DNA of 64,000 nt from Nitrospirota bacterium (GCA_049325335.1 JBMOMC010000007.1:32001-96000), one strand, 5' to 3'. Positions 16,658 to 25,852 are shown, numbered from the stretch's first letter. The notes: a model not told the origin generated them from the sequence alone. A program made the numbers and translations.

Positions 16658-17910
16658 CGCGAAAACTCGATGAGCCGAGCGAGGGATTCGGCCCGTCCCG
16701 TTCGATAGTCCTTCCACGCGACCAGATACCCGGGCCCGCCGGCCGCCGCCGTGGAGAAGTGATTGCCCTTCGAGGCCGGGGCGACCGTAAACGCCGCGGG
16801 GGGCGTTGCGCCGCCGGTCCACCGCGCCGCGCGCACGTCTCGGGTGATATCCGTGATCTTGCTCATCTTCGCGTCGGACGGGTGCTCTTCTTCCCAGACG
16901 ACCAAACAGTCCTTCGCTCGACATGCCACGAATGGGAACATGTGCAGACGCGGCGAGGACGAGAGCGCGATGCCGTCCGGCTGCATCACGCGGCCGTTCG
17001 GCGCCAGGGCCGCGCCGTACAGCGCGTAGATGCCGCTGCGCTTATCAACCCAAACAATCACGCTGTGGCCGCTGGAGTCTGCGGGCGCCCCAACCGCCGG
17101 ATACCCCTGCTCGCCCGCCGCGGTGGATATCGCGATCGCGGCGGGATCCAGCACGCGGCCCGTTTCGTCCACACGCGCCGCGGCGACATCGGTCTCATCT
17201 CCTCGCGCGTTCATCCACGTCACCACAAACGCGCGCCCGTTCCACGCCACCGCGGGACGCGATTGGTCTCCCGTCCCGCCACCCACGATGATGCCCCTAG
17301 GATCAATGACGCGGCCGTCCGGCGCGATTCGAGAGCCGACAACGTCCCACCCCATCTCCGGACGCTCCTGCATCCATACCGCGAAGAACACCCGGCCGTT
17401 CCACGCCACGCGCGGATGCCGGCGATTACCCGATCCCACCCCGACGGCCAGGCCGTCGGGGTCGAACACGGTCCCGTCGGAACGCACGCGCGCCCCGTAA
17501 ATTTCCCAGTTGCGTCGACTGCGTAAATCCTGCCAGACCACCAGGTGCGCGTCACCGCCCCACGCCACGTCGGGAAACAACGTGTCGGACGGACCTTCTG
17601 CGATGGGAAATCCGTCCGGAGACGCCACCGCGCCATCGGCTTCCACCCACGTCCCGTAAATGTCGCTGGGACCGCGCCGCGTGGACTGCCAGACCACCAA
17701 AAACCGCGACCCGTTCCACGAGGGCACCGGATCTTCTTCCTCATCGGCCGCGCGCGAGGACACCACGATCTCGGACCCCATGTTCGGGGGGCCGTCGAGC
17801 GCGGCGTCCATCCGCGGCGGCGATCCGGCGCACCCCGCGATCACGGCCGCGACGAACGCCACCCCCATCACGGATCGGCCGGCCGAGTCCAGTCGCCTCC
17901 GTACGCTCAC
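16654..17910 (-). CDS. Lipoprotein with seven ~52-aa repeats (probable 7-bladed beta-propeller)
   Basis: Lipobox IAG-C. Repeat P.VAWNG..F.VVW.D.R....DIYGARV..DG.V.DP.G. GTGA overlap start at 17910. Confidence 0.8.
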   Translation of the reverse strand: MSVRRRLDSAGRSVMGVAFVAAVIAGCAGSPPRMDAALDGPPNMGSEIVVSSRAADEEEDPVPSWNGSRFLVVWQSTRRGPSDIYGTWVEADGAVASPDGFPIAEGPSDTLFPDVAWGGDAHLVVWQDLRSRRNWEIYGARVRSDGTVFDPDGLAVGVGSGNRRHPRVAWNGRVFFAVWMQERPEMGWDVVGSRIAPDGRVIDPRGIIVGGGTGDQSRPAVAWNGRAFVVTWMNARGDETDVAAARVDETGRVLDPAAIAISTAAGEQGYPAVGAPADSSGHSVIVWVDKRSGIYALYGAALAPNGRVMQPDGIALSSSPRLHMFPFVACRAKDCLVVWEEEHPSDAKMSKITDITRDVRAARWTGGATPPAAFTVAPASKGNHFSTAAAGGPGYLVAWKDYRTGRAESLARLIEFSR

Positions 17911-18881
17911 CGAGGCACCGCCGCGATGCCCAACAACCCGTCCGGCGCGTCGGTTTCCAGCCACGCCGTGACTCGGCGCGCCACGACATCGATCACCGCC
18001 ACGCGGTTGGTGCGACGATGCGTGACGTACACGTGGGCGCCGTCGGGGGAGACCGCGACCCCCCACGGCGCGGGACCCACCGCCACCACGGCCGTTTCAT
18101 GATCGGCGGCGGTGGACACCACCGATACCGTGTCCGACCCGCTGTTGGCCACATACGCGGCGGCCCCGTCGGGGGACATCGCAATGCCGGTGGGATTGAC
18201 GCCGACCGGCACGGTCGACACCACGGTGTCCCGCGCGGTGTCGATGACCGACACCGACCCCGCGCCCTGGTTAGTCACGTACGCGAACCGCCCGTCGATC
18301 GACAACGCGATGTCCACGGGAAACATCCCCACCGGAATCGTGTTCACGACTCGATACGCCATGGTGGACACCACCGACACCATCCCGGAGAAATAATTGA
18401 CCACGTACGCCGCGGGCCGCCGGGGAATCGCCGCAACCGCCACCGGTCTCGGACCCGCGCGGGGCCGGCCCAACGATTGACCGCTCGTCGTGGAGATGAC
18501 CGACAACGTGTGATCGGCCAGGTTAGCCACGAACAATGCCCGGCCGTCCGGCGAGACGTCCACGGCTTGCGGCAACCCGCCGGCCTCCACGCGTTCGACC
18601 GCATGTGTGTCCGTGTGGATCGCGGCCACGCTGCGGCCCCGGCCGCCCACGTAGACCATGGTGCCGTCCGGCGACACCGCGACGTCCCACGGCTTACGAA
18701 TCTCCGGGATTCGCACCGTGGGGGCGCGGCCGCTCGGATCCAGCACCACCACGCTATCCGAGTCCGGATCCGCGACATACAGGAGCGGCCCGCGCGCGCC
18801 GACGCACCCGATCAGTCCGACCGCGGCCACGGCGCCGATGACGGCCTCCTTCAACGCGTGTACGCCCCGACGTGGTCTCAT
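17907..18881 (-). CDS. YVTN/YncE-type beta-propeller lipoprotein
   Basis: Lipobox LIG-C and 42-aa repeats VG..P..(I/V)A.SPDG..AYV(T/A)N..S..VSVI. Confidence 0.9.
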   Translation of the reverse strand: MRPRRGVHALKEAVIGAVAAVGLIGCVGARGPLLYVADPDSDSVVVLDPSGRAPTVRIPEIRKPWDVAVSPDGTMVYVGGRGRSVAAIHTDTHAVERVEAGGLPQAVDVSPDGRALFVANLADHTLSVISTTSGQSLGRPRAGPRPVAVAAIPRRPAAYVVNYFSGMVSVVSTMAYRVVNTIPVGMFPVDIALSIDGRFAYVTNQGAGSVSVIDTARDTVVSTVPVGVNPTGIAMSPDGAAAYVANSGSDTVSVVSTAADHETAVVAVGPAPWGVAVSPDGAHVYVTHRRTNRVAVIDVVARRVTAWLETDAPDGLLGIAAVPR

Positions 18882-20212
18882 TCGTTCTCCTGTGACGAAT
18901 AGTTCGTGAGGAACTCCGCGACTTCAGCTTCCTCCGCGGACGACAGCCCCGCGATCCGCGCCATACGGCGCACGGTGCGACGCCAGTCCCGACGGTTCGG
19001 CGGGACCAACCAAAAACTATGCGGCGCTTGGTTGATGGCCGGGTCGGTCCACCCGTGGCAAGCGTTACACTTGGCGAACGCGGCCGGCGCAACCACGCCG
19101 GACGGGGGGCGAGAGGCATCGCGGACTTTCAGCGACGCGATGATCGTCTCGGCGTCCACCCTCGGCGCCCGCCCCAACGTCCGCCACGACGCGCCGCCGT
19201 CCTCGGTGAGCACGACGCCGTGGCCGTGCGTGCCGGCGAACACGCGGCGGGGATTCGCCGGGTCCGGGACCAACGCACGAACGTCGGGGAGCGGCAGCCC
19301 CGCGTTTCGCGGCTCCCACGTTCGGCCCCCATCCTCGCTACGCAACACCCCATCGCCGGACGTGGCCGCGTAGACCAAGGCGCTTCGGGAGTCAAACCAC
19401 AGCCGGCGAATCCACGCGCGGGAGAGGTCGCCGCGATCCCATCGAGCCCACGTGGTGCCCAAATCCTCACTGACGAACAGGCCCCCGCCTTCCAACGTCC
19501 GGCCGTCGCGCAACGCGGCCGCGAACACCCTCCGGCCGTCCGGGTGCGCCATCAGCACCGTGATCGGCCGACCTTGGAGATCGGGCGACGCGATCGTCCA
19601 CGACGGCTCACCGGGGCGCCGACGCCACACGCCGAATTCGGACGCGAGCAGCGCGGTATCGGGATCGCCGGGCACGATCACGAGGTCCTGGTACTGCTGG
19701 CTCTGCGAAAACGTGTCCCCCTCGTTCCACGCGGACCAGGTCTCGCCGCGGTCCGGACTGACGAACACGCCGGTGGAGGTCACCACGAATACGCGGTCGG
19801 GGTCCCCCGGATGCAACACGATCGCGCCGATGTTGGTATTGCCCAGGCCGTTGTTGCGCTCCACGAACGTCTCGGCCCCGTCCACGCTTCGGTACAGCCC
19901 CCCGCCGCCCGCGCCGACGTATACCAGGTCTGGATCTCTCGGGTCCACCACGAGACGATAGAGCGAATAACTGCGGATCCCGCGGTTCGCGGTGTCCCAC
20001 CGTTGTCCTCGATCCCCGCTTTTGAGCAACCCGATGCTGTAATTGGTCAATGCCAACACGCGGTCCGGGCGCTCCGGGTGCAGGGCAATCTGCGACACAA
20101 ACAGCGACTGCGTCGCCGGTTCGCCGACCGCATCCATCGCAGGCCTGGTCGCGCCCGAACACGCGATCAGGCTCACGACCGCCGCGCCCACCGCCCAGCG
20201 GCGGACCGTCAT
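18878..20212 (-). CDS. Lipoprotein: BNR/Asp-box beta-propeller + C-terminal mono-heme cytochrome c
   Basis: ATG 20212 (ATGA overlap), lipobox LIA-C, Asp-boxes (SGDRGQRW, SPDRGETW, SEDGGRTW), and CNACH at 19055-19069. Confidence 0.85.
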   Translation of the reverse strand: MTVRRWAVGAAVVSLIACSGATRPAMDAVGEPATQSLFVSQIALHPERPDRVLALTNYSIGLLKSGDRGQRWDTANRGIRSYSLYRLVVDPRDPDLVYVGAGGGGLYRSVDGAETFVERNNGLGNTNIGAIVLHPGDPDRVFVVTSTGVFVSPDRGETWSAWNEGDTFSQSQQYQDLVIVPGDPDTALLASEFGVWRRRPGEPSWTIASPDLQGRPITVLMAHPDGRRVFAAALRDGRTLEGGGLFVSEDLGTTWARWDRGDLSRAWIRRLWFDSRSALVYAATSGDGVLRSEDGGRTWEPRNAGLPLPDVRALVPDPANPRRVFAGTHGHGVVLTEDGGASWRTLGRAPRVDAETIIASLKVRDASRPPSGVVAPAAFAKCNACHGWTDPAINQAPHSFWLVPPNRRDWRRTVRRMARIAGLSSAEEAEVAEFLTNYSSQENE

Positions 20213-21441
20213 GGCGTCGCGGGAGCGCGCCGGGGCGACGCCGCGTCCAACGCGGCGCGGTAGATCCACGCGCGCGGAGGCATGGCCGTGCCCGCGTACA
20301 ATGCGCCGCCGAACGCGTGCAGGGCTTCCACTGTAAACGGGGTTAAGTCCCCCACCTCATCCCAGGATCGGCCGTCCCGGCTGCGCAACACGCGTCCGTT
20401 GACGGACGCGAACAGCCCGTCGGCGGCCCCGGCCATCGACGCCACGTAGCCGGTGCGCGCGCCGTGGGATGCGGTCGTCCCATACACGCGCTCCCAGACG
20501 TCGTTCCCGGACGTCCTCCAGATCTCGCCCCGGCTCGTAGTGCCCACATACAGGCGTTCGTCGGACACCGCCGCCGCGCGCACGCCCATGAACGGCCCCG
20601 ACGTCCCGCGCGCCGGCGTCCAGACGGTCCCGTCTCGACTCGTAAACACCCCGGCGCCCTCGATCCCGGCATACAACCGGCCGTTGAAGGCGATCAAAAA
20701 CCGCACCCAGTTGGCAAAGCCGTTCTCCGCGTTCGCCAGCAGCGTCCCGGACAAGGCCCACGCGCGTCCGTCCGTGGTCCGATACACGCGGCCGCGCGTG
20801 GTCCCGGCGTACAACGCGTCCCCGAACACGCCCAAGGCGATAATGCCGCGTTCCTCCGGCGGCAGCACCGCCTCGCGCGTCCAGCGCTCCCCGTCTCCGC
20901 TGCTCCACACCTCGGCGCTCGGTTGATTCGTCCCCGCGAATAACCGGTCGCGAAATGTCATCAACCCATACACCGTGTACGCATCCGTCGTCAAGACCGG
21001 CCGCCAGGACCGGCCGTCCACCAGTTGCAACGCGGACCCCGCGCCTTCAATCCCGGCGTACAACCGGCCGCGAAACGACCGCAAGGCCACCACGTTCCAG
21101 CCTTGGGGTGCCGGCTCCAACGGCTCCCACGCCATGGCCGAGACCTTGGAATATCTGGCCGTCAGAAACCGCTCCAGATCCGACCGCTCGTCATCGCTCA
21201 TCCGGCATCCCATGGCCCGCATCCACGACAACACGAGCGACCAGGGCCTCGGCTCGATCGCGTGGCTGCGCGCGGCGCAATCGCCGGCCACGCAGCGGCT
21301 CTCGATCGTCACCCCGTGGCACGCGCCGCACCGCGAGGTGATCACGGCCATGCCGCGCGCTTCAAGCGTGGCCTCCTGGACCGCGCCCACGCTCACCGGC
21401 GCCGTGGCCAGCAGCACCATCACCGCATGCGCCGGCCTCAC
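20209..21441 (-). CDS. Exported protein: N-terminal mono-heme cytochrome c + C-terminal beta-propeller
   Basis: GTG 21441 (GTGA overlap), CGACH at 21316-21330, and repeats L..F.G.LYAG....VY.S.DG..W. Confidence 0.8.
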   Translation of the reverse strand: MRPAHAVMVLLATAPVSVGAVQEATLEARGMAVITSRCGACHGVTIESRCVAGDCAARSHAIEPRPWSLVLSWMRAMGCRMSDDERSDLERFLTARYSKVSAMAWEPLEPAPQGWNVVALRSFRGRLYAGIEGAGSALQLVDGRSWRPVLTTDAYTVYGLMTFRDRLFAGTNQPSAEVWSSGDGERWTREAVLPPEERGIIALGVFGDALYAGTTRGRVYRTTDGRAWALSGTLLANAENGFANWVRFLIAFNGRLYAGIEGAGVFTSRDGTVWTPARGTSGPFMGVRAAAVSDERLYVGTTSRGEIWRTSGNDVWERVYGTTASHGARTGYVASMAGAADGLFASVNGRVLRSRDGRSWDEVGDLTPFTVEALHAFGGALYAGTAMPPRAWIYRAALDAASPRRAPATP

Positions 21442-22742
21442 GGCCTGCGCGTCCGGCTGTACGCGCTCAAGTACCGGATGACGGCCGCGCGCTCCGCCGG
21501 CGTGAGTTCCGCGCGTTGGGCCATGCGGTCCACGGTGGGCGCCCAATCCCGCGCGTTGGGCGGCATACGCCAATACGTGTGTTTGCCGTTGAGCGGCTCA
21601 TCGGTCCATCCGTGACACCGGTTGCACTTGGCGAATCCTGGCGGTGCCGCGGTCGGCGCCGCCGAATGCGCGCGGGCGTCGAGCATGGCGACGATTCCCG
21701 ACATAGTCAGCGGCGCGACGGGCTCCGACGCATGCCACGTCTCGCCGCGGTCGTGGGAGTAATACCAACCCGCCGCGGTTGTGCCGACTACCAGACGGGA
21801 CGGATCAGCGGGATGGACCGCCAAGCTCCGCACGTCGGGATCGAGCACGCCGCCCCCCACCGGCGTCCACGTCGTCCCTCCGTCGCTCGAGGCGAAGACG
21901 CCCGCCCCTCTCGTCGACGCATACACCCGCGCGGGGTCCCGCGAATCCGGGACCACGCGGCTGACGAACCACTCCGGATCGCCGATCCGGCGCCACGCGC
22001 GACCGGTCTTGACGTGGATGCCCTGTTTGATCGTCCCCACCAACACGCGGCCGTCGCGCGGGTCGCACACCACGGTGGTCACCCGCGCGGAACCCAGATC
22101 GGGATCCCTCATCCACCGCGCCCCCCCGCGTTCGCGCCGAAACAAGCCGCCCTCGGTGCCCAACCAGATCCTGCCGCTCGGTGACGGCTCGATCGCCAAT
22201 GACTTGTATCCCACCGCCTCTGACAACGGGGGCAACCCTTGGCCGAATCCTTCCCAGTGCGCTCCCCCGTCGCGCGAGCGGTACACGTCGGTGGACGCCG
22301 CCGCGTACCAGGTCTCGCCGTCCGTCGGGTCGATGGCCAACGCGTCGATCGCGGTATTCGGCAAATCGCCGTTGCGTTCGCTCCACGTGGCCGCGCGATC
22401 CACGCTGATCGACACCCCGCCGCCCCACCCGCCCGCCAGGAGGACCGCCTCCATACCCGCGCGCGGCGCCGCGAGCAACGCGTGATGGGTAAAACTTCTC
22501 AACCCGCGGTTGGCGTGCGCCCACCGCCGGCCGCCGTCAACGCTCGCGAACACGCCCATATTGCTGGTAATGGCGTAGAATCGATCGGAATCACCGGGGT
22601 CCGCCGCGACCTGGTGGATGATCAGCGGGCGCTCAAGAATCTCATCGGCCCCCACGGCAACGGGCGCGGTGCCCAGCGCCGCGATAAGAACGGCGAGGCC
22701 CGCGGCCGGACCACCCGGCTTGGTGAGGTCGGTCGCGGGCAC
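21438..22742 (-). CDS. Exported protein: BNR/Asp-box beta-propeller + C-terminal mono-heme cytochrome c
   Basis: Probable GTG 22742, 4 bp after the rmlD stop. Signal-like N-terminus, Asp-boxes (SVDGGRRW, SRDGGAHW, SSDGGTTW, SHDRGETW), and CNRCH at 21612-21626. Confidence 0.85.
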   Translation of the reverse strand: MPATDLTKPGGPAAGLAVLIAALGTAPVAVGADEILERPLIIHQVAADPGDSDRFYAITSNMGVFASVDGGRRWAHANRGLRSFTHHALLAAPRAGMEAVLLAGGWGGGVSISVDRAATWSERNGDLPNTAIDALAIDPTDGETWYAAASTDVYRSRDGGAHWEGFGQGLPPLSEAVGYKSLAIEPSPSGRIWLGTEGGLFRRERGGARWMRDPDLGSARVTTVVCDPRDGRVLVGTIKQGIHVKTGRAWRRIGDPEWFVSRVVPDSRDPARVYASTRGAGVFASSDGGTTWTPVGGGVLDPDVRSLAVHPADPSRLVVGTTAAGWYYSHDRGETWHASEPVAPLTMSGIVAMLDARAHSAAPTAAPPGFAKCNRCHGWTDEPLNGKHTYWRMPPNARDWAPTVDRMAQRAELTPAERAAVIRYLSAYSRTRRP

Positions 22743-22746
22743 GGCG

Positions 22747-23583
22747 TTAGGCCCCGTCGGGTCGGGCGCGGAGATAGTCGGCCAGCGCGTCCTGCCACGG
22801 CCGAAACCGAACGCCCAGACCGGCCAACTTGGCGCAGCCCAGGACCGCATGCGCGGGGCGCTTGGCCGGACGCGCCAGCTCCGTGGTCGAGATGGGCACG
22901 ACCCGCCGATCGAGACCGGCCGACCGGAGAATCGCGACCGCGAATTCGTGCCACGAACACGTCCCCGAATTGACCGCGTGGAAAATCCCCGTGGCTCGAA
23001 CATCGAGCAGCGCGCGGATCGCACGCGCCAGATCCTCGGCCCATGTGGGCGAGCCGACTTGATCGCTCACGATGCGAAGTTCGTCGCGCTCCGCGGCCAA
23101 TCGCAGGATCGTGCGCACGAAATTTTTCCCCTCACCGTACAGCCACGCGGTGCGCAGGATCACGGCATCGGGTTTGGCCGCAAACGTTTCGCGTTCTCCC
23201 GCAAGCTTGCTCGCCCCGTAGACGCCAAGCGGCGCAACCGGGTCGTCCTCGAGGTACGGGGTGGTCTTGGCACCGTCGTACACGTAGTCGGTGGACATCG
23301 CGATCAGACGCGCGCCGACCTTGGCCGCGGCTTGCGCCACCAGGCGCGAACCTTCGGCGTTCACGGCGTAGGCCCGGACGGGATTCGCCTCGGCCCCGTC
23401 CACGTCGGTGTATGCCGCGCCGTGGATCACCACATCCGGCCGGGATGCCGCGATCCGCTCCATGATCGCCGGCTGCGTGATGTCGGCTTCGCGCTCCGGC
23501 GGCGCGGTCAACTCGTGATCGGCCAGGACGCGTTGCAGGGCCAGTCCGAGTTGGCCGGTAGCTCCGGTGATAAAGATACGCAT
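22747..23583 (-). CDS. rmlD: dTDP-4-dehydrorhamnose reductase
   Basis: MRIFITGATGQLG, AAYTDVDGAE, STDYVYDG, YGASKLAGE, DQVGSPT. Confidence 0.95.
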   Translation of the reverse strand: MRIFITGATGQLGLALQRVLADHELTAPPEREADITQPAIMERIAASRPDVVIHGAAYTDVDGAEANPVRAYAVNAEGSRLVAQAAAKVGARLIAMSTDYVYDGAKTTPYLEDDPVAPLGVYGASKLAGERETFAAKPDAVILRTAWLYGEGKNFVRTILRLAAERDELRIVSDQVGSPTWAEDLARAIRALLDVRATGIFHAVNSGTCSWHEFAVAILRSAGLDRRVVPISTTELARPAKRPAHAVLGCAKLAGLGVRFRPWQDALADYLRARPDGA

Positions 23584-23602
23584 AGTGAGATCACGCCGTT
23601 GG

Positions 23603-23630
23603 GTAGGGGGGCACGGCCGTGCGCCCCTAC
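23603..23630. repeat. GTAG-type REP-like palindrome
   Basis: GTAGGGGGGCAC-GGCC-GTGCGCCCCTAC, a near-perfect inverted repeat that supplies the rmlB stop codon. Confidence 0.75.
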
Positions 23631-24634
23631 GGTGACGCGACGGCGCGGTACTGCTTTTCGTAGTACGCTCGAAACTCGCCGGACTTGATCGGCCGCCACC
23701 AGGACTCGTGGGTGCGGTACCAGTCGATGGTCGCGCGGATCGCATCCTCGAACCCCCGGCGCGGCCGAAATCCGAGCGCGGCCAACTTCTCCGCGCTGAT
23801 GGCGTAGCGGCGGTCGTGCCCGGGCCGGTCGGCCACGGGCTTGATCAGGCTTTTCGGCTTGTTCAGGCCGGCCAGGATCAGATCGGTGATCTCGATATTG
23901 GTGCGCTCGTTCCCGCCACCGATGTTGTAGATCTCCCCGATCACGCCGCGCCGCAGCACCAGGTCCACGCCCTCGCAATGATCCCCCACCGCGAGCCAGT
24001 CGCGCACGTTCAGCCCGTCGCCATACAGCGGCAGCGGCTGATCGTCGATCGCGTTGGTGATGAACAATGGAATGAGTTTTTCCGGGTACTGGTACGGCCC
24101 GAAGTTGTTGGACGCCCGCGTAATGAGCACGGGCACGCCGTAGGTGGTGTGGTACGCCATCGCCATCAAATCGCCGCCCGCTTTGGACGCGGCATAGGGG
24201 CTGCTCGGGTGCAGCGGATCGGTTTCTTTGAACGGCGCGCCCAACGTGGAGCCGTAGACCTCGTCGGTGGAAATCTGGAGATACCGGTGATGCCGGTAGC
24301 GCCGTGCGGCCTCCAACAACACACGCGTGCCGTCCACGTCGGTCTTGATGAACGAGCCCGGATCGAGCAGCGACCGGTCCACATGGGTTTCGGCCGCGAA
24401 GTTCACAATCGCGTCCACGTCCTTGGCCGCGAGATCCACCGCCTCGGGGTCGCAGATATCGCCCTGGATGAACCGGTACCGCGGGTCCTTGGCCGCGTCC
24501 GCGACGTTTTCAGGATTGCCGGCGTACGTCAACTTGTCGAGGTTGACGACCGAATCCTCCGGGTGCGTGCGCAACACGTACCGGATGAAGTTGCTGCCGA
24601 TGAACCCGCACCCGCCGGTAACGAGCAGCCTCAT
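23627..24634 (-). CDS. rmlB: dTDP-glucose 4,6-dehydratase
   Basis: MRLLVTGGCGFIGSNF, DKLTYAGN, FAAETHVDRS, STDEVYG, YAASKA, DRPGHDRRY. Confidence 0.96.
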   Translation of the reverse strand: MRLLVTGGCGFIGSNFIRYVLRTHPEDSVVNLDKLTYAGNPENVADAAKDPRYRFIQGDICDPEAVDLAAKDVDAIVNFAAETHVDRSLLDPGSFIKTDVDGTRVLLEAARRYRHHRYLQISTDEVYGSTLGAPFKETDPLHPSSPYAASKAGGDLMAMAYHTTYGVPVLITRASNNFGPYQYPEKLIPLFITNAIDDQPLPLYGDGLNVRDWLAVGDHCEGVDLVLRRGVIGEIYNIGGGNERTNIEITDLILAGLNKPKSLIKPVADRPGHDRRYAISAEKLAALGFRPRRGFEDAIRATIDWYRTHESWWRPIKSGEFRAYYEKQYRAVASP

Positions 24635-25710
24635 GTGAGTTCGATCCTGCTTTGATCGCCCACGATGAATTTTTGCGTTCTGGGTTTGGTCGCGCACCGC
24701 ACGATTTCCACCTCACGCCCCAACAGGCTTCGCTCGATCCGGTTGTACGCGTCGATGATCCGGCCCCGTTCCAGTACGATGCTGTACTCGACCTCGCTGT
24801 TGCGCAGCACGCAGTCTGCGCCGATCGCGGTGAACGGCCCCACGTAGGAATTCTCGACCACGGTGCGCGCGCCGATCACCGCCGGCCCGCGGATCTGACT
24901 CCCGATAATCGTGGCGCCCGGTTCCAGAATGACCTTGCCCGCGATGTCGGACTTCTCGTCCACTTGGCCGGGGCCGAACGGCTCAGGCTGCTCGCGGATC
25001 TTATCGAGCGCGAGCCGATTGGCTTCCAGCAAGTCCTCGGGTTTTCCGGTGTCCTTCCACCAGCCCGTGATCTCGGAGTAACCCACGCGGTGTCCGTGTT
25101 CCAAAAGGTATTGGTGGGCGTCCGAGATCTCCAACTCGCCGCGCGCGCTGGGCCTGATGGCATTCACCGCCTCGAAAATGTGTCGGTCGTAAATGTAGAT
25201 CCCGGTCACGGCGAAGGTGCTCTTGGGCTGCGCGGGTTTCTCCTGCACGCCGACCAACCTGCCGTCGAGGAGTTCCGGCACGCCGAACCGTTCCGGGTCG
25301 CGCACGCGCGCGAACACCAGCCGGCAGTGATCCTGGTCCCGCGAGAATTCGTCGATGAACTGGCGGATCCCACCCACGATCACGTTGTCCCCCAGGTAAA
25401 ACACGAACGGCTCGTTGCCGATGAACTCCTGGGCCACGCGCACCACGTGCGCCAGCCCGCGCGGCGCATCCTGCACCACGTACGTGAGCTTAAGCCCCCA
25501 GGCTTCGCCTCCGCCGAGCGCCTGACGGATCTCCTCACCGGTGTCGGGGTTGATCACGATGCCGACTTCTCGTATGCCCGCGTCCGCGACCGACTCGAGG
25601 GCGTACGCGATCATCGGTTTATTCGCGATCGGGATGAGGTGTTTGTTGGAGGTGTGGGTGATCGGCCGCAGGCGGGTCCCCTTGCCGCCGGCCGTAATCA
25701 ACGCTTTCAT
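24631..25710 (-). CDS. rmlA: Glucose-1-phosphate thymidylyltransferase (long form)
   Basis: GGKGTRLRPITHTSNKHLIPIANKP, YLGDN, PSARGELEI, WKDTG, and a C-terminal beta-helix. Confidence 0.93.
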   Translation of the reverse strand: MKALITAGGKGTRLRPITHTSNKHLIPIANKPMIAYALESVADAGIREVGIVINPDTGEEIRQALGGGEAWGLKLTYVVQDAPRGLAHVVRVAQEFIGNEPFVFYLGDNVIVGGIRQFIDEFSRDQDHCRLVFARVRDPERFGVPELLDGRLVGVQEKPAQPKSTFAVTGIYIYDRHIFEAVNAIRPSARGELEISDAHQYLLEHGHRVGYSEITGWWKDTGKPEDLLEANRLALDKIREQPEPFGPGQVDEKSDIAGKVILEPGATIIGSQIRGPAVIGARTVVENSYVGPFTAIGADCVLRNSEVEYSIVLERGRIIDAYNRIERSLLGREVEIVRCATKPRTQKFIVGDQSRIELT

Positions 25711-25739
25711 GCGATGGTCCCGTCGATCAGCCGACCGGC

Positions 25740-25769
25740 ATCGTATAAGGTCCTTGACCGACCTGTCAA
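25740..25769 (-). promoter_or_regulatory. sigma70-type promoter upstream of rmlA
   Basis: TTGACA (25769-25764), 18-bp spacer, TACGAT. Confidence 0.6.
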
Positions 25770-25852
25770 TGACGACTGCTCACGACGAACCGCCGTCCCG
25801 CTCGGACACGTCGCCCGTGATCGCGCCCCCGGGCCGCGTATCCCGCCGTGCA

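Noticed and set aside
14636..22742. Hydrazine synthase or cytochrome cd1 (NirS/NirN) assignment
   Set aside because: The propeller repeat types and sizes differ, and there are no heme d1 biosynthesis genes or diheme gamma subunit. The similarity is architectural only.
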